Part shown: piece after piece, positions 1-10,721 of the stretch
How positions within the stretch are numbered: position 1 is the first letter of the stretch
Layout: each line of letters opens with the position of its first letter
Source: Pseudomonadota bacterium
GTDB taxonomy: Bacteria > Pseudomonadota > Alphaproteobacteria > Sphingomonadales > Sphingomonadaceae
Length of the DNA: 64,000 bases
Reading direction: 5' to 3'
Assembly: GCA_046733235.1 (NCBI GenBank)
Contig: JBKPOT010000030.1
Location: forward strand, 1,825 to 65,824
The notes under the pieces: generated by a model
Seen by the model: the letters and a program-made list of their open reading frames with translations, nothing else
The model's database searches: none
What the model was told of the DNA's origin: nothing
Made by a program: the position numbers and the translations under genes

Positions 1-1
1 G

Positions 2-486
<485 letters not shown>

Positions 487-487
<1 letters not shown>

Positions 488-1164
488 TGGCCGATCGTCT
501 TCGAAGGACCGGTGCAACTGCACAAACGGCGATCGCGGTCTCACTGCTTCTGGCGTCCTGCGGTCCCGATCGAATGACCCTTCCCAGTCAGCCGGTCGAC
601 CGGGCCGCCACCTGCGGGATCGTCGCCGCGGCCGGGGCCCGGCTCGCGGTCACCGACCCGAAGGCGCCGCTGCCGCTCGCCGAGCATGGCCGGATCGTCC
701 ATTATGCCTTGCTCGCGGCGTCGGAGAGCGGCGAATATGATCCCGAAATCGCCGGCGCGGTCAGCCGCCGCATGCAGTCTCTTCAGGACCGGGTGACGAG
801 CGGCGAATGGAAGCCGCTCGGCGCCGCCTGCAAGGCCGCCTTTCCGGCCGCCGAGAAGCAGGACGTGACTCTCCCCGAGGACAGGTTCGACGCCCAGTTC
901 CAGTGCAACGAGCTCGCCCAGTTCATGACCCAGGCGCTGGCCGGCCAGGCGAGCTCGTTTCGCAACGAGATCGCCGATTACCGTCATTTGCGCGAGCGGC
1001 TGAACGACGCGATCGCTCCGGTGCTCAACGCCAGGGCCGGCTCCAAGGTCAGCGACCAGCAGAGGCTTCGGCACCGCGCGCTCGCCGACGCCTCCCGCCT
1101 CGGCGCCCCGGTCGCGACCATGAAACTCTGCGTCGATCGGTTCGGGCAGAAGCGCATATTTTAG
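487..1164 (+). CDS. Hypothetical lipoprotein
   Basis: ATG overlaps the lpdA TGA (TGATG); hydrophobic stretch ending in lipobox LASC. Confidence 0.75.
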
Positions 1165-1215
1165 CTTGCGCGCCGCTCCGCGAAGCTCGACTCCCGGGAG
1201 CGGGGAGGACGGCCG

Positions 1216-1899
1216 ATGAAGGCGGGTCGAAGGCTGAGGCGCTATCATATCTGGCTCGGTTGGCTGGTCGGTCTGCCGGTCCTGATCTGGTGCCTCAGCG
1301 GGCTGGTGATGGTTATGAAGCCGATCGCCGAGGTCCGCGGGGAAAAGCTGCTCAGCCCGCCGCCTCCGCTTGCTTTGTCCGCGCCGCCGGTGCCGCCCGC
1401 GATCGGTCCGCGCCCCATCTCCTCGCTCACCCTCGAGCAGCGCGACGACGGACCTCGCTGGGTGGTTCATTATGAAGGCGGCGGCGGCCGGCTCGCCGAT
1501 CCCGCCACGGGACGGCTGCTGGCGCCGCTCAAGGCCGCCGACGCGGCGCGGATCGTCGGCGCCCGCTATACGGGGAAAGAGCGGATCGCCGCGGTCGACC
1601 GGACCTCGGCCGACGACCCACCGCTCGACCTTCGCAAGAATGTGGCGGCGTGGCGGGTGACGATGAGCGACGGCACGCGATTCTATCTCGACGCCGCGAC
1701 CGGCGAGGTGCTGGCCCGCCGCACCCCGTTCTGGCGCTTCTACGATTTCATGTGGGGAATCCACATCATGGACCCCGGCGGCCGCGAAGATTCGCACAAT
1801 CCCTGGGTGATCGGGTTCGGAGCGCTCGCTTTGGTCACCTCGATCCTCGCCTTGATCATGCTGCCGATGACGATCGCCCCGCGGCGGCGGGGTCGTTGA
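1216..1899 (+). CDS. PepSY-associated TM domain protein
   Basis: HIWLGWLVGLPVLIWCLSGL N-terminal helix, periplasmic PepSY-like repeats, WRFYDFMWGIHIMD, C-terminal TM; GGAGGA RBS. Confidence 0.85.
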   Translation: MKAGRRLRRYHIWLGWLVGLPVLIWCLSGLVMVMKPIAEVRGEKLLSPPPPLALSAPPVPPAIGPRPISSLTLEQRDDGPRWVVHYEGGGGRLADPATGRLLAPLKAADAARIVGARYTGKERIAAVDRTSADDPPLDLRKNVAAWRVTMSDGTRFYLDAATGEVLARRTPFWRFYDFMWGIHIMDPGGREDSHNPWVIGFGALALVTSILALIMLPMTIAPRRRGR

Positions 1900-2546
1900 T
1901 GATAGCGCTGCCGATCGGCGTTCCGCCCGCGGTCGATCCCATCCTCGAATGGCTCGATCTCGCCGGGGTGGCGGTGTTCGCGCTCAGCGGCGCCCTGGTC
2001 GCGGCCGAGAAAAAGCTGACCATGGTCACCTTCATCTTCTTCGCGGTCATCACCGGCATCGGCGGAGGCACCGCCCGCGACCTGTTGATCGGGGCTCCGG
2101 TCTTCTGGGTTCACGAGAACGCGACCTTGCTGATCTGCCTCGTGGCGGCGCTCGCCGTCTGGATGCTTCCGGCGCGCAGCTGGAAGGGGACGGCGCTGCT
2201 CTGGTGCGATGCCGCCGGCATGGCCGCTTATGCCGCCTATGGCGCGTCCAAGGGCCTGACCTTCGGAATCGCGCCGCTGCCGGCGATTGGAATGGGGGTG
2301 TTGACCGCCTGCCTCGGCGGAATCATCCGCGACGTCCTGGCGAACCAGCCCTCGATCCTGATTCGATCCGAGCTCTACGTCACCCCGGCGGCCCTCTCCG
2401 CATCCCTCATGGTCGGCCTGTCCTTGGCGGGCCTGCCCGGAGTCGTCGCGGTGCCGATCGGCGCGGTCGCCGGTTTCCTGCTGCGCGCCGGAGCCCTGCT
2501 CTGGGGCTGGAAGCTCCCGGCCTACGGACGACGCGAGCCGACTTGA
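1899..2546 (+). CDS. Trimeric intracellular cation channel (TRIC/YadS, UPF0126) membrane protein
   Basis: Duplicated motifs TGIGGGTARDLL and TACLGGIIRDVL; ATG overlaps upstream TGA. Confidence 0.9.
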   Translation: MIALPIGVPPAVDPILEWLDLAGVAVFALSGALVAAEKKLTMVTFIFFAVITGIGGGTARDLLIGAPVFWVHENATLLICLVAALAVWMLPARSWKGTALLWCDAAGMAAYAAYGASKGLTFGIAPLPAIGMGVLTACLGGIIRDVLANQPSILIRSELYVTPAALSASLMVGLSLAGLPGVVAVPIGAVAGFLLRAGALLWGWKLPAYGRREPT

Positions 2547-2547
2547 C

Positions 2548-2567
2548 TTGGTTGAATGCTCAACCAA
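2548..2567. promoter_or_regulatory. Putative TetR operator, inverted repeat TTGGTTGA-ATGC-TCAACCAA
   Basis: Perfect 8-bp inverted repeat between a TTGACT (-35-like, 2543-2548) and the TetR start at 2578. Confidence 0.7.
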
Positions 2568-2577
2568 TAAGGATGCA

Positions 2578-3177
2578 ATGAGTTCGAAGGGCACGAGAGA
2601 GCGGATCGTCGAAGCGGCGATGGAGCTGTTCTGGCTCAAGGGCTACGGTTCGACCTCGATCGCCGACATATTGAGCCGGAGCCAGGTCAATAGCGGCAGC
2701 CTCTACCATTTCTTTCCCGGCAAGCAGGACGTGCTGGTCGCCGTGCTCGACCTTTATCGCGAGGGGATCGGGCCGATGCTGCTCGAGCCGGCCTGGGCGG
2801 GAGTCGAGGATCCGATCGAGCGGATCTTCGCTCTGCTCGGCCGCTACCGCCAGGCGATCGTCACCACCAATTGCGAATATGGCTGCCCGATCGGGAGCCT
2901 GGCGCTCGAGCTTCACGAGCCCGATCCGCCGGTCCGCGAGCGGCTGGCCGCCAATTTCACCGGCTGGGTCGACGCCGTCCGCTCCTGCCTCGAGGCCGCG
3001 GAAGATCGGCTGGCGCCGGGCGTCGATCTCCAGTCGCTGGCGGAGTTCATCCTGACGGTGATGGAAGGGGCGGTCATGCAGGCCCGGACCCATCGCGACG
3101 TCGGCTATTTCGACCGGGCCGTCGCCCAGCTTCGAGCCCATTTCGGCCAGCTCGCCCGGGTCAAGGAGGCGGCATGA
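2578..3177 (+). CDS. TetR/AcrR family transcriptional regulator
   Basis: TRERIVEAAMELFWLKGYGSTSIADILSRSQVNSGSLYHFFPGKQD HTH; YGCPIG C-terminal motif. Confidence 0.93.
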   Translation: MSSKGTRERIVEAAMELFWLKGYGSTSIADILSRSQVNSGSLYHFFPGKQDVLVAVLDLYREGIGPMLLEPAWAGVEDPIERIFALLGRYRQAIVTTNCEYGCPIGSLALELHEPDPPVRERLAANFTGWVDAVRSCLEAAEDRLAPGVDLQSLAEFILTVMEGAVMQARTHRDVGYFDRAVAQLRAHFGQLARVKEAA

Positions 3178-3231
3178 CGATCCCGGCTGACCGGGACGAG
3201 AGGCAGGAAAGAGAAACAAGGGGAGGGGAAG

Positions 3232-3630
3232 ATGCCTGACGTCAACTGGATCGCGGTCCTGCTGTGCGGGATCAGCTCGATGGTGCTCGGCGGGATCTGG
3301 TATTCGCCGATGCTGTTCGCGAAGCGCTGGCAGGCCGGCGCGAAGCTGAGCGACGAGGATCTGGCGGGCGTCAACATGCCCCTCATTTACGGCACCGCCT
3401 TCGCGCTCAGCCTGATCGCCGCCTTCGTCTTCGCTCTGTTCATCGGCCGGGGCATGCCGCTCCTCCCTTCGGTCGAGTTCGGCGCGGCCGCCGGCATCTG
3501 CTGGGTCGCCGCCTCGTTCGGGATCTCTTATCTGTTCGAGCGCAGGGGGATCGTCCACTGGCTGATCAACGGCGGCTATCACGCCGTCCAGTTCACTCTG
3601 TTCGGCCTGATCCTGGGGCTGATGCAATGA
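3232..3630 (+). CDS. DUF1761-type four-TM membrane protein
   Basis: VNWIAVLL...LGGIWYSPMLFAKRW...LINGGYH signature. Confidence 0.85.
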   Translation: MPDVNWIAVLLCGISSMVLGGIWYSPMLFAKRWQAGAKLSDEDLAGVNMPLIYGTAFALSLIAAFVFALFIGRGMPLLPSVEFGAAAGICWVAASFGISYLFERRGIVHWLINGGYHAVQFTLFGLILGLMQ

Positions 3631-4103
3631 TCTGGCTGGCCGCCATGCTCGCGGCTTCGTCCGCGGCGCCGCCGCTTCGGCCGGAGCTCGAGCCGATGCG
3701 CTTCCTCGTCGGCCATTGCTGGCGGGGACCGATGAAGCAGGGCGCGCAGCACGACGTGCACTGTTTCGAGCCGGTGTTCGGAGGCCAGCACATCCGCGAC
3801 CGCCACGAAGTCACCGGAGGCGCCACCATCTATCGCGGCGAGACCCTCTACAGCTGGAACGGGGCGGCGAAGCGGATCGACTATGTCTATTGGAACTCGC
3901 TCGGCGGGGTGAGCAAAGGCTCGATGACTCCCCGGCCCGGCCTGTTCGATTTCGGGGGCGAGACCTATACCGGCGCCGACGGCCGGCAGTTGACGATGTC
4001 GACCGAGTGGCGAAGGATCGACGAGCGAAGCTACGAGGCGCGGACGACGTCGCGGGAGAATCCGATCGGCGACCGGATCGTCCGATTCACCCGGATCGAC
4101 TGA
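3627..4103 (+). CDS. Secreted hypothetical beta-barrel (calycin/DUF1579-like) protein
   Basis: ATGA overlap with upstream gene; signal peptide; LEPMRFLVGHCWRG then beta-strand pattern. Confidence 0.7.
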   Translation: MIWLAAMLAASSAAPPLRPELEPMRFLVGHCWRGPMKQGAQHDVHCFEPVFGGQHIRDRHEVTGGATIYRGETLYSWNGAAKRIDYVYWNSLGGVSKGSMTPRPGLFDFGGETYTGADGRQLTMSTEWRRIDERSYEARTTSRENPIGDRIVRFTRID

Positions 4104-4653
4104 GGGCTTCCGCCAGATCGCGGGGAAGGGAGGTACGCGGCTCGGCCGGCGGGTCGGCCGCGGCGGCGAGCGGCCGCTGCCACAGGCCCACGTCCCACCA
4201 GCGGCCCATCTTGTAGCCGACCCGTGCGTAGGTTCCGGCATGGGCGAAGCCGAGCCTTTCGTGGAGCCGGACGCTCGCATCGTTGGGCAGAGCGATCGCG
4301 GCGATCGCCTGGCTGAAGCCCTGCGCTTCGAGCATCGCCAGCAACGGCGCGTAGAGCCGCCGGCCCAGCCCGGACCCTTCCGCCGCCGGGCGAAGATAGA
4401 TGGTCGTCTCGACCGCGAATCGATAGGCCTCGCGCGGACGGAAGCGGGCCGCATAGGCATAGCCCGCGATCTCGCCGGCCTCGTTCACCGCCGCGAGCCA
4501 GGGATAGAGTCCCGCGCCCGCCGCCATCCGGGCGCGCATTTCCGCTTCGTCCGGCGGTTCGGTCTCGAACGAGATGTGGCTGCCGGCGACGAAGGGCGCG
4601 TAGATCTCGGCGAGGGCCGCGGCGTCGTCGGGCGTCGCGGCCCTGATCCTCAC
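4087..4653 (-). CDS. GNAT N-acetyltransferase, phosphinothricin acetyltransferase/YncA-like
   Basis: GTG start overlaps sppA stop; IRAATPDDAAALAEIY...ISFETEPP...GYAYA...GLGRRLY...NDASVRLHERLGF...GYKMGRWWDV. Confidence 0.92.
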   Translation of the reverse strand: MRIRAATPDDAAALAEIYAPFVAGSHISFETEPPDEAEMRARMAAGAGLYPWLAAVNEAGEIAGYAYAARFRPREAYRFAVETTIYLRPAAEGSGLGRRLYAPLLAMLEAQGFSQAIAAIALPNDASVRLHERLGFAHAGTYARVGYKMGRWWDVGLWQRPLAAAADPPAEPRTSLPRDLAEALSRSG

Positions 4654-6536
4654 GCCGCGAACAGCTTCAACAGCCAGGCGGCGAAGCCGTCGGCGCGGGG
4701 GCGCCGGGGAGCGCTCGCCGGGGGCGGGCACTCGAGACAGCGGACCTGGATCGAGGACCCGCCGAGCATCCTTTCGGCGTCGGTCAATGCCCGGATCAGG
4801 GTCAGCTGCGGCCCGGTGCCGATCCGGCCGAACGCGTCGCGGGCATTGGCCTGGCTGTCCTCCTCGTCATTGCCGTCGGTGGCGAGCGCCATCAGCAGAT
4901 TGTCGGCGAATCCCGGCTTCTTCTCGAGCCAGGCGACCTCGACGTCGTCGGGGTCGAGTTTCGCCCGCCGGGCCGCCTCGGCGATCGCGTCGTCGAGCCC
5001 GCCGAACGCGTCGACCAGGCCCAGCTGCCGCGCCGTGCCGCCGTCCCAGATCCGCCCCTGGGCGATCTGATCGACCCTGGCGACGGGCAGCTTGCGCGAC
5101 TGCGAGACCAGGCCGAGGAATCGCCGATAGACGCTTTCGACGCCCATTTGCAGAAGCTTCCCGGCCTCGGGCGACGGGCCGCGCAACAGGTCGGGCTCGC
5201 CGGAGAGCGGGGTGGTCTTGACGCCGTCGGCGCCGAGGCCGAGCTTGGTCATCGACCCCTGGAAGCTCGGGAGGATCCCGAACACGCCGATCGACCCGGT
5301 GATCGTGCTCGGCTCGGCATAGATCTTGTCGCCGACCGTCGACACCCAATAGCCGCCGCTCGCCGCGACATTGCCCATCGAGACGACGACCGGCAGCCCC
5401 TTCGCCTTGGCGTCGAGAATTGCATGGCGGATCCGTTCCGAGGCCAAAGCCGATCCGCCGCCCGAATCGACCCGAAGCACCAGGGCCTTGAGATTGCCGC
5501 GCTTCAGCCCCGTCTCGAGCTGCCGGACGATCGTCTCTCCGCCGGCGGTTCCGGCGGGCGCCTTGCCGTCGACGATGTCGCCGGCGACGGTCAGAACCCC
5601 GATCGCTCCATCGTCGTCGCTGGCCGGATAGGCGGCGACCCAGCGGTCGAGCTTGATCGCCCGGAACCCTTCGGGGACGTCAGAGTCGATCGTCCCGGCG
5701 ATCTCGGCGACCCGCCGGCCGAAGGCGTTGCGGTCGCCGATCCGGTCGACCAGGCCGAGCGACAAAGCGCCCTTCGCCATGTCGCCGCCGGCCGCGGCCA
5801 TGCGCGCTCCCGGATCGGCGACATAGGCCGCGATCTGCGCCTTGGGCCGGGCGCGCTTGACGTCCTGCTGCCAGCTCTCCCAGAGCTGGTCGGCGACCAC
5901 CTGGAGCGCTTCCTTCGCCTCGGGGGACATGTCGCTGCGGGTGAACGGCTCGACCGCCGCCTTGTAGGTTCCGACCCGATAGACGTTGGCGGTGATCCCG
6001 AGCTTGTCCATCAGGCCCTTGTAATAAAGGTTCGTCCCGCCCGGCCCGGAGACCAGGACCGCGCCCATCGGGTCGAGCCAGACCTCGCTGGAATGGGCGG
6101 CGAGCTGGTAGGAATCGTCGTCATAGCCGGTGGCGAAGGCGAGCACCTTCTTGTTTGCCTTGCGGACATTGTCGAGCGCTTCGCCGACGTCGGCCAAGGC
6201 GGTCTGGCCGCCCCCCGAGAAGATGTCGAGATCGAGCGCGACGACCTTGATCCGGTCGTCATCGGCCGCTTTCTCCAGAGCATGGATCACGTCGCGAAGC
6301 CGATATTCGCGGGTCCTGCCGCCGCCGCCAAACACGTCCGCCGCGGTCGCCTGGGTCGGCTGCTCGACGATCGGACCGGCGAGGTCGAGCAACAAAGCGC
6401 CATGCTCGCCCGGCCCGACGGTCGGCCGTGCCGACAGGGCCGCGAACAGCATCCCGAAGAAGCCGAGCATGAAGAGCAGGACCATGAAGTCCTTCACCCC
6501 GACGAGAAGTTTCCAGACCTTGCCCGCGAACCGCAT
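4650..6536 (-). CDS. sppA: Signal peptide peptidase SppA, 67K type
   Basis: Two S49 domains; LRVDSGGGSALASE, SMGNVAASGGYWV, ITGSIGVF, QIAQGRIWDG. Confidence 0.95.
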   Translation of the reverse strand: MRFAGKVWKLLVGVKDFMVLLFMLGFFGMLFAALSARPTVGPGEHGALLLDLAGPIVEQPTQATAADVFGGGGRTREYRLRDVIHALEKAADDDRIKVVALDLDIFSGGGQTALADVGEALDNVRKANKKVLAFATGYDDDSYQLAAHSSEVWLDPMGAVLVSGPGGTNLYYKGLMDKLGITANVYRVGTYKAAVEPFTRSDMSPEAKEALQVVADQLWESWQQDVKRARPKAQIAAYVADPGARMAAAGGDMAKGALSLGLVDRIGDRNAFGRRVAEIAGTIDSDVPEGFRAIKLDRWVAAYPASDDDGAIGVLTVAGDIVDGKAPAGTAGGETIVRQLETGLKRGNLKALVLRVDSGGGSALASERIRHAILDAKAKGLPVVVSMGNVAASGGYWVSTVGDKIYAEPSTITGSIGVFGILPSFQGSMTKLGLGADGVKTTPLSGEPDLLRGPSPEAGKLLQMGVESVYRRFLGLVSQSRKLPVARVDQIAQGRIWDGGTARQLGLVDAFGGLDDAIAEAARRAKLDPDDVEVAWLEKKPGFADNLLMALATDGNDEEDSQANARDAFGRIGTGPQLTLIRALTDAERMLGGSSIQVRCLECPPPASAPRRPRADGFAAWLLKLFAA

Positions 6537-6646
6537 GATTTCGACCTTCCGAATGACCTTTGAGTCTGAGCTAGACCAGCCCCGTCTTTGTGTAAATCGG
6601 CGGCTTCCATGGCGGCGCGGGAGGCGAAAGATTCCCTCGCCGACGG

Positions 6647-6674
6647 CTTGACCGCGGATGAACAGCTCTTACAT
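6647..6674 (+). promoter_or_regulatory. Sigma32 (RpoH)-type promoter of groESL
   Basis: CTTG-N17-CTTACAT, matches alphaproteobacterial RpoH consensus. Confidence 0.75.
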
Positions 6675-6682
6675 CCGCCGTG

Positions 6683-6709
6683 CTGGCACTCGCTCGATGC
6701 GAGTGCCAA
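6683..6709. promoter_or_regulatory. CIRCE element (HrcA operator)
   Basis: CTGGCACTC-N9-GAGTGCCAA directly downstream of the promoter. Confidence 0.93.
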
Positions 6710-6763
6710 CAAAGTTCAATCCATGCGGCCCGGGGCCGCATTCAAACCAAAGAGGTGACTCGC

Positions 6764-7051
6764 ATGAACTTTCGTCCGCTCCACGATCGGGTGCTGGTCC
6801 GCCGCGTCGAGGCCGAAGAGACCACGGCCGGCGGGATCATCATCCCCGACACCGCCAAGGAAAAGCCGCAGGAAGGCGAGGTCGTCTCGGTCGGCACCGG
6901 GACTCGCGCCGAGGACGGCACCGTGACGCCGCTCGACGTCAAGGCCGGCGACAAGATCCTGTTCGGCAAATGGTCCGGCACCGAGGTCAAGATCGACGGC
7001 GAGGACCTTCTGATCATGAAGGAAAGCGACATCCTCGGGATCGTCGGCTGA
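6764..7051 (+). CDS. groES: Co-chaperonin GroES
   Basis: [14 protein letters not shown]...[21 protein letters not shown]. Confidence 0.99.
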   Translation: MNFRPLHDRVLVRRVEAEETTAGGIIIPDTAKEKPQEGEVVSVGTGTRAEDGTVTPLDVKAGDKILFGKWSGTEVKIDGEDLLIMKESDILGIVG

Positions 7052-7058
7052 ACTCTCC

Positions 7059-7123
7059 GTCATGCCAGCGCAGGCTGGCATCCATTCGGACTCAACATGG
7101 ACCCCAGCCTTCGCTGGGGTGAC
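7059..7123. repeat. CGTC/REP-like palindromic repeat, family I
   Basis: GTCATGCCAGCGCAGGCTGGCATCCA...TGGACCCCAGCCTTCGCTGGGGTGAC; nearly the reverse complement of 56452-56522. Confidence 0.85.
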
Positions 7124-7130
7124 TAAGTAA

Positions 7131-8789
<1,659 letters not shown>

Positions 8790-8813
8790 GTCCCAGGCTC
8801 AGCCGAAAAAGAG

Positions 8814-8845
8814 AAGGGCCGGGGTCAAACCCCGGCCCTTTTTTT
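8814..8845 (+). terminator. Rho-independent terminator of groESL
   Basis: AAGGGCCGGGG-TCAAA-CCCCGGCCCTT followed by a T run. Confidence 0.92.
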
Positions 8846-8955
8846 GAGGTCGGCCATGTCGATCGTTACGGCGGGACCGTCATCGACCGGATTGCGAACA
8901 TCCCTTATATGTCGGGTCAGCTCACCCGGCGTGGGAACAAGGATGATGAGACGCT

Positions 8956-10590
8956 GTGACCCGATTCGAGCCGCTGGTTGTTCCGAGCGAAGAGCCTAGC
9001 TCGATGGCATCGCGATTTGCCGAAAGGGCGCCAGACCGGCCTCGGCCACGCACCGGATTGCTGGCGGCCGCTCTGTGCTGTCTCCTTTGCGGGTCGGCGG
9101 CCTATGCGGTGCCTGCCGTCTTCGTCAGCGAAATCACCGGAAAACAGCTCCGGGAATCTCGAAAACAGGCAAAAGCGGATGCCGCACTTTGCCGCGACGT
9201 GACGCGACATCGCGCCCGGTTGCACAGCTTCCTCGAGACGAAGAATGTCGAACCGTTCAAGCTTGGAAGGATTGGCGAGCGCTTCTGGTACGGTAATGGC
9301 TGCCCCGAGGACCGGTCCCTCGCGATCGCGATCATGACTTACGTCGTCGGTCCGGATCCGCTGAACAGCGAGAATAGAGAGGCCATAGGGCAGTTGGTCA
9401 CCTATCTTTCGATGAGCGGTCAGGCCGATGACAGAGTGCGCTCGATCGAGCTGCAGCGCATAATGTCGCTTCGCGGCGATTATTATGGGGCTTTTCCGAA
9501 GGTCCAGTGGACTTCGGAGGAGCTGCGCGCCTTCGTGATCCGAGACGATGTCTGGGCCTATCTCAACCGGCCCGGCGCCAGGACGAGCTGGCAAGCGAAA
9601 CTTGCCTTTTTCGACGCGCTCAGCGACCCGAGCTCGCCCCGCTTCGATCGCGATCGAAGCATCGCCATGGGCGAAAGCGTCAACGCCACGCCGGAACAGA
9701 AGACGCGCGCGGCCCGGCTGTTGCTTTCGGGTGCGGAACGCCCCGGCGACATGGATCGCGCGGAAGCCCTGCTGACCAGCGCGGCACGGTATAGCGAGGA
9801 GTCGCGACTGCTCCTCCTCGAGATGGTACGGCCACGATTGCTCAGCAGCGACCGCAACGTCCGGGACCGCACGGTCGCGACCCTGTCCGAATGGTCGGAC
9901 GCGCAGACGCCGGCCGGGGCGGCGGCGCGATCGGCAATGACAACCGTGATCGCTCGCGACCTGTCCTGGGGTGTCGCGGACCTGGAGGCCAGGACCGCGA
10001 AGCTCTTGGCGGATTTTGTCATTCTCGGCACTCGGGATGCCGAAGCACCGCTTTTCGCCTGGGTCGACAGCGCCCTTCAAACAGGCGGAAACGCCCGGAA
10101 AGGTGCTGCCCTGGAAGTGGTCAGGCGGCTTGCTCTCGCACGGCATCCCTTCGCGAGGCATATCCTGAACGCCGAGTTCGACAGGCATGGCGGTCTGGCC
10201 CAAGCGGGCCGATTTTCACCTGAGCAGGGCAATCTGGCTCAAATATTCACCGCTGAGGACTATCCGGCCGCTGCCCTTCGAGCAGAGGAGCAGGGCGTGG
10301 TCGAGGCATCGGCGCTGATCGCTCCGGATGGCAGGATCATCGCCGTGATCGTAACCCGATCGGCCAGTCCGGCGCTCGATAAAGCGGTCTCGAGGCTGAT
10401 CCCGAGCCGGGCGCGCGGAATGACGCCGCCAGGCTATTCGGGGCGATATGTTCAGGCGCCGCTGCCGCCAATCCAGTTTCGCCTCAAGCAGTGCGAGCGG
10501 GATGCGCCTGCCGATCCGATTCTGCCCGGGGCGCTGCTGGTTCAGTCGGATTTTTGTCCTCCCCGGCCCGTGCTTCAGACTGTTTCCTGA
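8956..10590 (+). CDS. Secreted/periplasmic protein with C-terminal TonB_C domain (alternative start 9004)
   Basis: YPAAALRAEEQGVVEASALIAPDGRI...SASPALDKA TonB-C signature; signal-like LLAAALCCLLCGSAAYA; helical middle region. Confidence 0.75.
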   Translation: MTRFEPLVVPSEEPSSMASRFAERAPDRPRPRTGLLAAALCCLLCGSAAYAVPAVFVSEITGKQLRESRKQAKADAALCRDVTRHRARLHSFLETKNVEPFKLGRIGERFWYGNGCPEDRSLAIAIMTYVVGPDPLNSENREAIGQLVTYLSMSGQADDRVRSIELQRIMSLRGDYYGAFPKVQWTSEELRAFVIRDDVWAYLNRPGARTSWQAKLAFFDALSDPSSPRFDRDRSIAMGESVNATPEQKTRAARLLLSGAERPGDMDRAEALLTSAARYSEESRLLLLEMVRPRLLSSDRNVRDRTVATLSEWSDAQTPAGAAARSAMTTVIARDLSWGVADLEARTAKLLADFVILGTRDAEAPLFAWVDSALQTGGNARKGAALEVVRRLALARHPFARHILNAEFDRHGGLAQAGRFSPEQGNLAQIFTAEDYPAAALRAEEQGVVEASALIAPDGRIIAVIVTRSASPALDKAVSRLIPSRARGMTPPGYSGRYVQAPLPPIQFRLKQCERDAPADPILPGALLVQSDFCPPRPVLQTVS

Positions 10591-10721
10591 CCCTCGCTTA
10601 TTCCGCGGGCCGCAAGACCGGGCTCGGACCCGGCGAAATCCACGTCCTCCGCCGCCCGGCCGTCATCGCCATTGACACGGTCGCCGATCCGAACAGAGTC
10701 CGATCCCGGGAAGGAAGCGCG

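Noticed and set aside
3174-3239. 21-codon ORF overlapping the TetR stop (MTIPADRDERQERETRGGEDA)
   Set aside because: Purine-rich spacer that contains the next gene's RBS; no evidence of coding
10575-10720. Minus-strand peptide VRIGDRVNGDDGRAAEDVDF as a possible gene relic
   Set aside because: No family recognised with confidence; compatible with a plain promoter region (TTGACA at 10672)
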